Shown one piece after another: positions 8,851-16,550 of a stretch of 64,000 bases of DNA. The notes beneath the pieces are model-generated. The model had not been told where the DNA came from. It made no database searches and saw nothing but the letters and a program-made list of their open reading frames with translations. The translations under genes were made by a program, and so were the position numbers. The DNA is from Planctomycetota bacterium (GTDB taxonomy: Bacteria; Planctomycetota; PLA2; JAEUHO01). Position 1 is the stretch's first letter; each line of letters starts with the position of its first letter. The DNA lies in NCBI GenBank assembly GCA_050248855.1, contig JBFWRP010000008.1:96001-160000 (forward strand). The letters run 5' to 3'.

Positions 8851-9809
8851 GGCCCGCTCCGCGCCCGCCAGGGGCGCCGTAGACGCTTCCAGATGCGGGG
8901 ACGCGTGCCGCGCACATCGATCTCGCCCCCGCCTTCGGTGTCGATGGCGAGCATGGCCTCGCGGAAGCTCGCGTGAAACAGCGCGTTCATCGCACCCGGC
9001 CTTCCCGTCGTCGCATCCAGGTCGATGCTGATCATGGGATTGGTGTTGATCTCCCAGACGCACACGCGGTCCGCGACCAAGGCGTAGTCGATGCGACCAT
9101 AGTCGATTCCCGCCATCGTGAAGATCTGCAGCAGCTCCTGCTCATGCGGGTTGTCCCGTAGGTACGCCTCTTCCTCGTCGAACTGCCAGTCCAGGTGGTT
9201 GGCAGGGGACTTGCGCTGCCACTGCCGTCCGAAGAAGAGATGTCGCGGCACGATCCGGTCGCCCACGCGAAACGCGCCGTACTTGCGGTACTGACCGCGC
9301 TCGTCGATGGTCTCCTGGAACTCGACCACGATCATGTCGTCGCGAGGCTTGCGCCGCCTGGCGAGCGCGTCGGCTGCTGCCTCGACCGCCGCCCGCGAGT
9401 GCAGCAGTGCCGTGCGTGGCCCCTGGTGGTCGCTGGCCATGCGCACGAATACGGGGAAGCGCACGCTGTCGGGTAGGGCGTCCAGGCGGTGTACGGAGAA
9501 CGGGTTCAAGCCGTCGGCGTGCAGGCGCCGCAGCAGCTCGAAGCGACCCAACACACGCGCAGGATGGTTGTACAGGCGCGCAGCGTCGGAAGCCTCCAGG
9601 GCGTCGGCCACGGCACTTGCGCGGCGAAGCGCGTGGGGCCGGAGCCGATCGAAGTCCGACAGGATGTACGTGCCTGCGGGCAGGGTCCGCTGGCGGAACA
9701 CGGCGCTCCACGCACGCGCGCAGAGCGTCGGTGCCAGGGCCTCGCCGCCAGACGCGAGGAACGTAGTGATCGTGTAGTCGTGACGGCCGGTGAGCAGGAC
9801 GTGGATCAC
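8832..9809 (-). CDS. ATP-grasp-like protein
   Basis: LYNHPARVLGRFELLRRL, RFPVFVR, MIVVEFQET, YRKYGAFRVG, IDYGRIDYALVADRVCVWEINTNP (ExN motif). Confidence 0.75.
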   Translation of the reverse strand: MIHVLLTGRHDYTITTFLASGGEALAPTLCARAWSAVFRQRTLPAGTYILSDFDRLRPHALRRASAVADALEASDAARLYNHPARVLGRFELLRRLHADGLNPFSVHRLDALPDSVRFPVFVRMASDHQGPRTALLHSRAAVEAAADALARRRKPRDDMIVVEFQETIDERGQYRKYGAFRVGDRIVPRHLFFGRQWQRKSPANHLDWQFDEEEAYLRDNPHEQELLQIFTMAGIDYGRIDYALVADRVCVWEINTNPMISIDLDATTGRPGAMNALFHASFREAMLAIDTEGGGEIDVRGTRPRIWKRLRRPWRARSGPYKPLA

Positions 9810-9833
9810 GTCATCGGCTCGACCGTTTGATCG

Positions 9834-9977
9834 CTACCTCGTGGCGGGGGGCGCGGGCGGCTTGCCGCCGTGCGCGACGAACGGCTTGGTCTCGCGCTTG
9901 GGGGCCTTGCGCCCCTCGAGCTCGGCGCGCAGGTTGGCGACTTCGGTGCGCTCGGACTTGGCACGCTTGCGGGCCAT
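9834..9977 (-). CDS. 47-aa small peptide, candidate precursor/substrate: MARKRAKSERTEVANLRAELEGRKAPKRETKPFVAHGGKPPAPPATR
   Basis: Strong AAGGAGG RBS just before ATG 9977; fits in the gap between DUF6065 and the ATP-grasp gene on the same strand; GC-biased third positions. Confidence 0.7.
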   Translation of the reverse strand: MARKRAKSERTEVANLRAELEGRKAPKRETKPFVAHGGKPPAPPATR

Positions 9978-10038
9978 GGGTGCCTCCTTCGGCAGGCGGA
10001 GAGTCGAAGCCGGCATCATACCGGACGACACTGCGGCT

Positions 10039-10836
10039 TCACGTGGATTCTGTCGCATCCTCGCGGACGAACGGCCGCAGGTCCAGCCGCCGCTCGTGCC
10101 CGCCGAGCCGCTCCCCCATGGGGGAGGTGCCTTGCATGTAGTGCTTCTGCCAGCGCGCCTCGTTGGCCCTCGACCCGGGGATGTCGAACTCCTCGTTGAA
10201 GACGTTGCGCGCATCCCGCCAGGCAAGGAACTGCCGCTGGAGCTCGGGATCCGCGGCCAACGGCCGGATGCGGGGTGCGAAGCGCTGGGGGTAGCCGCGC
10301 GGGAGCGGCATCAGGCCCATGAAGGGCTCGCCCTCTTCGAAGGTGACCTCGTGATGCGCGCGTGTGAAGCGCCAGTTCATCGTGAAGGTGAACGGTCCCC
10401 AGTCGGCCTCCACGAGGCCCTCCAGCGGCGCGATGCCGTCCTTGGGTCGATTGGCCGGTCCCTTCACCCAGAGGTTGTGCCCAGGCGGCGTGCGGAAGTG
10501 GTAACCCGTCTTGAACGTCAGCAACCCGTGCCCGAAGTGGCTGTCGATGAACGGACTCGTCTCGCCATCGAAGGTGATCGCGATGTCGGACGCCTCGGGT
10601 CCCCCGTTCCATGTGGCCTTGAACGTCACCGGCGACAGCGCCTCCCACCCCAGCTGGTTGGCCATGACCAGCGGCAAACAGCGGTAGGCGAACGCATCGA
10701 CCGTCGCGTCCATCCACGCGCGCTGGTGCGGGGCCGGCCGCAGGTCCACGCAGGGCGTCGACGCCGCTTCGTAGGCAGTCAGCGGCAAGTCCACGGCGCC
10801 GTCTCGCGGGCGCGGGGTGGTGTCGTGCTCAGGCAT
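10039..10836 (-). CDS. DUF6065 family protein
   Basis: RAWMDATVDAFAYRCLPLVMANQLGW, SHFGHGLLTF..GYHFRTPPGHNLWVKGPANRPKDGIAPLEGLVEADWGPFTFTMNWRFT, WQKHYMQG. GGAGG RBS; start overlaps the upstream stop. Confidence 0.85.
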   Translation of the reverse strand: MPEHDTTPRPRDGAVDLPLTAYEAASTPCVDLRPAPHQRAWMDATVDAFAYRCLPLVMANQLGWEALSPVTFKATWNGGPEASDIAITFDGETSPFIDSHFGHGLLTFKTGYHFRTPPGHNLWVKGPANRPKDGIAPLEGLVEADWGPFTFTMNWRFTRAHHEVTFEEGEPFMGLMPLPRGYPQRFAPRIRPLAADPELQRQFLAWRDARNVFNEEFDIPGSRANEARWQKHYMQGTSPMGERLGGHERRLDLRPFVREDATEST

Positions 10837-12757
10837 CGGCGACCTCCAGCGGGGCATCATCCGTTTCTCGCCAGATCGCTGCGTACGTGCGGCCCCAGAG
10901 GGGCACACGCCGAGCCGACTCCCACCAGGGTGCGGTCGTCTCGGCCCGGCCCGCGAGACGAGCCTCTGCCGCCGCTGGGTAGGGCCGCCGCTCCTCGGCG
11001 CCCGCGTCCAGGGGAGGCTGCGTGAAGTACAGCGTGTCGTCCATGCCCGCCCGTTGACCGGCGGGCGTCAGGGCAAGGTGCCCGCGTAGCGTGGCAATGC
11101 GCGCGCTGAACGTGGATAGCCGCGTTCCTGCGAACGGAGCAGACGCTGCGGCGCAGATGAGGGTCTCGACGATGCCCACCCAGTGCGGCGGCGTCGCGGC
11201 CGCCACGTCCAGGTCCCGGAACGTCACGATGTGGAAGGCCGCCCGTAGTGGAGCGAAGAACGTCGGATCGTCGTGGTCGGTTGCCAGGTACAGGGTCGTG
11301 CCGGGCTCATACAGACCCCGCGTGTGGGCCAGGAGCTGCGCAGCATCGATCCGGGTCTCCGCGTACTGGAAGTCGCCTCGGCGCACATGCAGGGCGCCGA
11401 AGTGCACTCCCAGGGCCGGATCGCCAAGCGCTTCTTCGGCAAGCGCCACGATCTCCGGCCGGTAGCGCAGGGCATCGCGTAGCACGCGTCGCAGGCGTGC
11501 ATGGAGGCGCGCGTTGCCCAGCAGGAAGAACGCCTCCGCCACACCGAACATGCGGTGCTCGATGGTCATCGGGAAGTAGAGAACATCACAGGCCGTGATG
11601 GCGTCGTCCAGGTAGACCACGCGGCGCGAGCCAACGCGCTCGGCGAGCTCCGGACGCTGGGCCGGCGCATCCGCGGGGTACGCCAAGATGTCGTCCAGCG
11701 CGTTCCACCCGGGTGCATGGCCGTTGGATGCCATCCAATCCGAGAACGCCGCGTAGTCGGCGAACGGCTCGATGCCGCGGCGCGCGGCGAAGTCGTCCGC
11801 GCTGAGCACGGGCAGGTGGCGCTGCAGCGTGTCCAGGTCCAGGAACGCGTCCAGCGCGTGTTCGTCCGCGCCCAGCAGGTAGTGGCGCTTGGGTGGGGGC
11901 AGCACGAGCGTGCGCCCTGCCAGCCACGCGAGGCCGACCATCACCTCCAGGTGCATCAGGACGTTGTTCCAGCCGCCGTAGTCCGGCTGGAAGGCCAGGA
12001 ACCCGCCTGACCTGGCGATGGGCGCCTGGGCGACCTCGGGCTGTCCGTAGAGCAACGCTCGCAACGGCCGCCGCGCGTCGAGGCGGGCCATGCGCTCCGC
12101 GGTGTAGGCCCACCATGGCGGTCGGTAGTGGATGAAGAGTGCGGCGTAGGTGTCGCCCATGAGCCCCCGATCGCGCTCGTGCGCCAGTCGCGCGCCTTCG
12201 TAGAGCAACGCTTCACCCGGGGCCAGCGTCACCTCGTGGCGCCTGTTGTCCGGCCCGTGCAGCACGAGTGGCCACGGTGCGTCGCACTCCTGGGCAACCA
12301 ACAGGACTGCGCTGGCAACGTGCGTCTCGAGGTGGTCCACATGCGGTGCAAGGGTCGCGCCCCGGTGGTAGACGCGAACGCCATAGATCGAGGTGGCCAC
12401 CAGCGGCTCGCCGCACCAGGCCTCGACCACGGGCTGCATGCCGTCGAGGATCGCGCGTGCCAGCGCCGAGGTGTGGTCCAGTCGGAGCAGGCTGGAAGCC
12501 ACGCCGTCGCCCGTCAAGCGCACGATCGAGCCAACGCCCTCCTCGGGCTCGAGGTGGTCTGCGTGCTTGCGATACCAGCCCGCAAGCTGGGCGAAGATCA
12601 CGTCAGGAACGCGGGTCGTGCGGAAGCCGGTCCGCGTGAGCGCAGGCAGCACGCGCCCATGCAGCGCGGCGCGCGCACGCCGCGCCGCATCCGCTTCCCC
12701 GTGCAACGTCCTGTCCACGCTGGACTCCCACTCGCCAACCGCGGGATGGTGCCACAT
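10829..12757 (-). CDS. Fusion: 2OG-Fe(II) oxygenase domain + GDP-fucose protein O-fucosyltransferase-like domain
   Basis: N-half: SIYGVRVYHRGATLAPHVDHLETHVASAV..WPL..GEALLYEGARLAHER..FIHYRP (HxD...H). C-half: QPDYGGWNNV..GRTLVLPP, ALHVRRGDF, LYLATD, ETLICA..FAGTRLSTFSARI. Start codon uncertain. Confidence 0.82.
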   Translation of the reverse strand: MWHHPAVGEWESSVDRTLHGEADAARRARAALHGRVLPALTRTGFRTTRVPDVIFAQLAGWYRKHADHLEPEEGVGSIVRLTGDGVASSLLRLDHTSALARAILDGMQPVVEAWCGEPLVATSIYGVRVYHRGATLAPHVDHLETHVASAVLLVAQECDAPWPLVLHGPDNRRHEVTLAPGEALLYEGARLAHERDRGLMGDTYAALFIHYRPPWWAYTAERMARLDARRPLRALLYGQPEVAQAPIARSGGFLAFQPDYGGWNNVLMHLEVMVGLAWLAGRTLVLPPPKRHYLLGADEHALDAFLDLDTLQRHLPVLSADDFAARRGIEPFADYAAFSDWMASNGHAPGWNALDDILAYPADAPAQRPELAERVGSRRVVYLDDAITACDVLYFPMTIEHRMFGVAEAFFLLGNARLHARLRRVLRDALRYRPEIVALAEEALGDPALGVHFGALHVRRGDFQYAETRIDAAQLLAHTRGLYEPGTTLYLATDHDDPTFFAPLRAAFHIVTFRDLDVAAATPPHWVGIVETLICAAASAPFAGTRLSTFSARIATLRGHLALTPAGQRAGMDDTLYFTQPPLDAGAEERRPYPAAAEARLAGRAETTAPWWESARRVPLWGRTYAAIWRETDDAPLEVADA

Positions 12758-12770
12758 CGCAGCACGCGCA

Positions 12771-13691
12771 TCAAGCGTCGCGGAGACGCGCCAGACGGCG
12801 TCCCACCTCCCGTCGGATGCGGCGAACGCCGCGATGCCAGAACCGCCCACGCTGCTTGCCGTCGCGCACGAAGTGATGGCTCACGGTGTGATCGTCCAGA
12901 TCACCCTGCAGCTGGTAGCCTGGAGGAAGGCGCTCGGCACCCAGCTCGGTCATCAGCAGCGCATGCGCGGTCTGCTCGTGCTTGTTGACCTGCCCCGGCG
13001 GGAGCGTCGCCTTGGCAAACGTGAGGTAACGCTCGATCAAGTCCAGGTGCTGGCGGTACGCCTCGACCGGTACGTGCAGCAGCCCTGCGTTGACACGCGG
13101 CAGGACCTCGCGACCGCGCCACGCGGACAGGGCTGGTAACGTCGTGCCGTACGAGCTCTGGTAGTCCGAGCCGAAGCACGCCACGCCGCGCGCGATCCGG
13201 TCCAGCAGGACATCCGGGCGCCGGAAGAACAACACATCGCTGTCCAGGACCAGGACGGTGGCGGAGCGCGCCGCGACCAGGATGTCGAACAGCTTGCGCG
13301 CGCAGTAGAAGTCCGGACGTCGGCGAAACTCGGCGCAGACAGGGTGGTTGCGCAGCGCCTCGGCCGTGGCCCGGTCCATCGAGGCCGCATCCAGGATCTC
13401 GATCCCGTCGAAGGTCCGGCGGTACGCTTGGGCGTGGGCGTCGGTCAGCGTGCCATCGTCGTGCAGGACGATTCGCGGACGCAGACCCGAGAACGCCACG
13501 AAGCTCGATAGGGACCAAAGCGACATCGCGACGTCGCCTGCACAGACCACCGAGTGCACCTCGACGCCGGCCACGCCCACCCGCACCTGCGGTCCCGGGG
13601 GAGCAACGTTTTCGATACGACGCCGCCGGTACGCGCGCAGCGAACGCTTGAGCTTGCGCAGCGGCCCGCTCCGCTTGCGATTGCTCGCCAC
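12771..13691 (-). CDS. GT-A fold glycosyltransferase (DxD motif)
   Basis: VHSVVC..MSLWSLSSF, IVLHDDGTL, RKLFD, VLVLDSDVLFFRRP, VNAGLL, HEQT. GTG start with GGAGG RBS. Confidence 0.75.
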   Translation of the reverse strand: MASNRKRSGPLRKLKRSLRAYRRRRIENVAPPGPQVRVGVAGVEVHSVVCAGDVAMSLWSLSSFVAFSGLRPRIVLHDDGTLTDAHAQAYRRTFDGIEILDAASMDRATAEALRNHPVCAEFRRRPDFYCARKLFDILVAARSATVLVLDSDVLFFRRPDVLLDRIARGVACFGSDYQSSYGTTLPALSAWRGREVLPRVNAGLLHVPVEAYRQHLDLIERYLTFAKATLPPGQVNKHEQTAHALLMTELGAERLPPGYQLQGDLDDHTVSHHFVRDGKQRGRFWHRGVRRIRREVGRRLARLRDA

Positions 13692-13742
13692 GGCGTCGCA
13701 CCTCCAGCGTGCCATGCTATAGGACTGCGCGGAGGTCGCCCA

Positions 13743-14606
13743 GTGCCGGACACGATGCACACGGTGATTTGCACCGACACCGCGCCCGCGCTGCAGTGGC
13801 AGTGCGAGCTGCTCGAGCACACTTGGCACGCCGTACAACAGCCCGGCCAGCTGCTCCGCTTGGTTGCCGCTTCCGCCGACCAACCCCTGCCCGAGCACCG
13901 CCACGCACGTGTCCTGCGCGTGCCACCGTCCAACCTCGACCCGCTGGGCGGCGACGCCTACATCGCCGCGAACCGCCTTTCCTCGCTCGCGCACTGGCTG
14001 CGCGAGGAACAGCCCGAAGGCACCGTCCTGATCCTGGACCCCGACATGGTCTTCCGCACGCCGCAGGCTCTTTGGGCCGCCCCCGGCAAGCCCATCGCCC
14101 AGCGCTGGGTCGACTTCGGCGACGGCTCGTGGCTGGCCGACCGCATGGGAGTAGAGCGCAGCAGCCTGCAGCCAGCCACGTGGCCCATCGCGATCCACAC
14201 GATCGACCTCGCGAGCCTGCTGCCGCGGTGGAGCCAGCGCACGGTCGACGTCTACCGCGCGACAGGCCGCTGGGAGAGCGACATGTTCGCGCTCGTCCAG
14301 GCCGCGTCCGAGATCGGCCTCTCCTTCGATCTGGCAACCACCTGCGCCTGGATGCCCTGGCCCGAGGCCACGGTCGCCGGAGCGCCGATCATCCACTATT
14401 GCCAACCCGTCCAGGCCCATGACGGAAGCACGATCTGGGACAAGCGCAGCTACCACCCCTGGGCCACGGACTTCGAGCCCGCCCTCGCGCTCTTGGACTA
14501 CTGCCGCGAGCTGCTCGAGATCGTCATGGGGTATGCGAGGCTCCGGAGTACCGGAGTACCGCGGGGTACCGGGGAGTACCGAGTGCGGGCAAATCCCATG
14601 GACTAG
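13743..14606 (+). CDS. Peptide O-glycosyltransferase-like protein resembling plant/algal SGT1 (serine galactosyltransferase) / HPAT (hydroxyproline arabinosyltransferase)
   Basis: HTVICTD...LQWQCELLEHTW...QPGQLLRL, DPLGGDAYIAANRLSSLAHWL, VLILDPDMVF, WPIAIHTIDL, WESDMFAL..A, PIIHYCQ, WDKRSY. GGAGG RBS before GTG 13743. Confidence 0.72.
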   Translation: MPDTMHTVICTDTAPALQWQCELLEHTWHAVQQPGQLLRLVAASADQPLPEHRHARVLRVPPSNLDPLGGDAYIAANRLSSLAHWLREEQPEGTVLILDPDMVFRTPQALWAAPGKPIAQRWVDFGDGSWLADRMGVERSSLQPATWPIAIHTIDLASLLPRWSQRTVDVYRATGRWESDMFALVQAASEIGLSFDLATTCAWMPWPEATVAGAPIIHYCQPVQAHDGSTIWDKRSYHPWATDFEPALALLDYCRELLEIVMGYARLRSTGVPRGTGEYRVRANPMD

Positions 14607-14664
14607 CGTGACCCTCGCGCGGTCCCCCGCGAGGGAGGTCCAGCCGATGGGGGGATCCCATGGG
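14545..14664 (+). repeat. Dispersed hairpin-containing element, copy 1 (92-bp core 14573-14664) preceded by GGAGTACC iterations
   Basis: Core matches 33373-33464 with about 8 mismatches by eye; internal stem CCCTCGCG...CGCGAGGG. Confidence 0.85.
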
Positions 14665-15030
14665 CCAGCGATGGCGCTTGGATGCTCCTGGACGTACGGG
14701 CAACCGTTCACGTACCCGCTCTCCTGGGCCGGGAACCCGCCGGCAAAGGGCGCTTGGACGCCGCTCGGAGCGGAGCGCGACCGCCACGCATCGGGGCGTC
14801 AGGGCGACGGGTCTGGGGTCAGCTGGACGCGGTCTCCGCTTGCGGGAGGGCCGGGCTCGTCGCCAGCGGCGGCAGCTGGGGGGACCTCGACGTGACCCTC
14901 TCCCACCCGCGGACCGCGGGTGGACCGTTCCCGTCGCAGCTGCGCATCACGAAGGATGGCGTACCGCTGCCGCTGGCCGTGCCCGATCTCGCCGGCCTCG
15001 GGCCCGACGACGGCGAGGGCAAGCTCGCGG

Positions 15031-15106
15031 GGGTACGGAGGCGGGAAGAAGCGTTGCAACTTGCGCCAGGGTACGGAGGCGGGAAGAACCGTTGCAACCT
15101 GCGCCA
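15031..15106 (+). repeat. 38-bp tandem duplication
   Basis: GGGTACGGAGGCGGGAAGAAGCGTTGCAACTTGCGCCA followed by GGGTACGGAGGCGGGAAGAACCGTTGCAACCTGCGCCA (2 mismatches). Confidence 0.85.
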
Positions 15107-15366
15107 GATCCTTGTCCTCGACGTGGATTGCTTCAGTGCATGGGCTTGCAGAGGCATGCAACAAGTGCTCTCGCCTCTGTACTGCACCGCCTCTCGACTG
15201 CATTCGCTTGGCACGTCGTACATGTGTCGCGGCTCGCTCGCCTCGACGCGCGGCGGCGCCGCAGCGAACCTGCAGCGTAGGTGGATTCCACCTCCCGCGC
15301 TGCCGGAGCGGGTACGCTTGCCGGTGCACCATCTGCCGTGCTTGCCGGTTTGGCCCGGAGGACCGC

Positions 15367-16041
15367 GTGCTGTCCCTCGTCCTGTTCGACTTCGATGGCA
15401 CCTTGGTCGACACGGAGAGGGCGATCCTTGCTTGCGTGGCCGAAGTCTGTCGCGAGTTCGCGCTGCCCGACCCACCGGACAACGCGGTGCGGGAGCTCAT
15501 CGGACTTCCTCTCGAGGCGACCATGCACGCTGTCGCCGAGGGCCACTCGCAAGCGTCGCCGCTGACGGCGATGGTGGCGGCCTACCGGCGCAAGTACCCC
15601 AGCATCGCCGATGCGCTCTCCGACGCGTACGACGGCGTGACGGAGTTGCTTGAGGACTTGTGCGCAGAAGGGGTTCGGCTTGGCATCGCCACCAGCAAGG
15701 GATCCAAGGCCATCCAAGATGCGCTGCGGCGATTCCGCTGGACCAGCCTCTTCCAGCACGTGGAGACATCCCAGTCGGTGGTGCGACCCAAACCGGACCC
15801 CGAGATGCTGCTGAACCACCTGCGGCTTGCAGGCGTGGATGCAAGGGACGCGCTGATGGTTGGCGATGCGCCCTCCGACATCGAGATGGCCAACCGCGCT
15901 GGGGTTGCCTCCTGTGCCGTCACATGGGGGATGGGGAGCCCTGCGGGCCTTGCCGCGTCGGCTCCGTCCTTCACCGTCGCCACTGTCGCAGAGCTCCGCG
16001 AGCAGTTGTTTGGGATGCTCGACAGCCACGCCGGATGCTAG
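15367..16041 (+). CDS. HAD-superfamily hydrolase (phosphoglycolate phosphatase-like)
   Basis: LVLFDFDGTLVDT, LGIATSK, RPKPDPEML, MVGDAPSDIEMANRAG; GGAGG RBS. Confidence 0.9.
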   Translation: MLSLVLFDFDGTLVDTERAILACVAEVCREFALPDPPDNAVRELIGLPLEATMHAVAEGHSQASPLTAMVAAYRRKYPSIADALSDAYDGVTELLEDLCAEGVRLGIATSKGSKAIQDALRRFRWTSLFQHVETSQSVVRPKPDPEMLLNHLRLAGVDARDALMVGDAPSDIEMANRAGVASCAVTWGMGSPAGLAASAPSFTVATVAELREQLFGMLDSHAGC

Positions 16042-16064
16042 GGTTCGCCCCGCGGCACCAGGCG

Positions 16065-16499
16065 CTACGGCAGTCTGAGAATGAAGGCGGTCTTCTCGCC
16101 TCGCGTCATCCCGCAGCCCTCGTAGAAGCGGAGAGTGGACTCACGCCTGCTGCCCGTCTCCAAGATCACCTTGTAGCAGCCCCAGGTCTCCGCCAGCTCG
16201 ATGGCGGCTCGCATCAGCGCGGTCCCGACTCCGCGGCTTCGCTCGCTTGCGTCAACCACGACCGTCTCGATCACGCCGAACGGACGACAGCCGTGCGACA
16301 GCCCTTCGATGCGGCCCAGAGTCGCCATGCCGATGATCCGCTCGCCTGCTACGTACCCAAGCACGGCCACATGGGGGCTGGCGCTCATGGCCTCGATCTG
16401 GGCCTTGACCCTGGCGGCGTCGATCACCGCCCCTGGATGAAGCTGGCCCAAGAGGGCGACGACGTCGGAGGCGTCGGCTCCCGTCACGCTGCGGATCAT
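16065..16499 (-). CDS. GNAT family N-acetyltransferase
   Basis: GVIETVVVDASERSRGVGTALM, GCYKVILETGSRRESTLRFYEGCG. Confidence 0.9.
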   Translation of the reverse strand: MIRSVTGADASDVVALLGQLHPGAVIDAARVKAQIEAMSASPHVAVLGYVAGERIIGMATLGRIEGLSHGCRPFGVIETVVVDASERSRGVGTALMRAAIELAETWGCYKVILETGSRRESTLRFYEGCGMTRGEKTAFILRLP

Positions 16500-16550
16500 G
16501 TCCCTCCGATCTCCAACGGGTCGATGGGCGACGCTCCGTGCGCGCGGCCG

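Noticed and set aside
15031..15106. 38-bp repeat containing GTTGCAAC as a possible CRISPR repeat
   Set aside because: Only two adjacent copies with no spacer, and no cas genes in the window.
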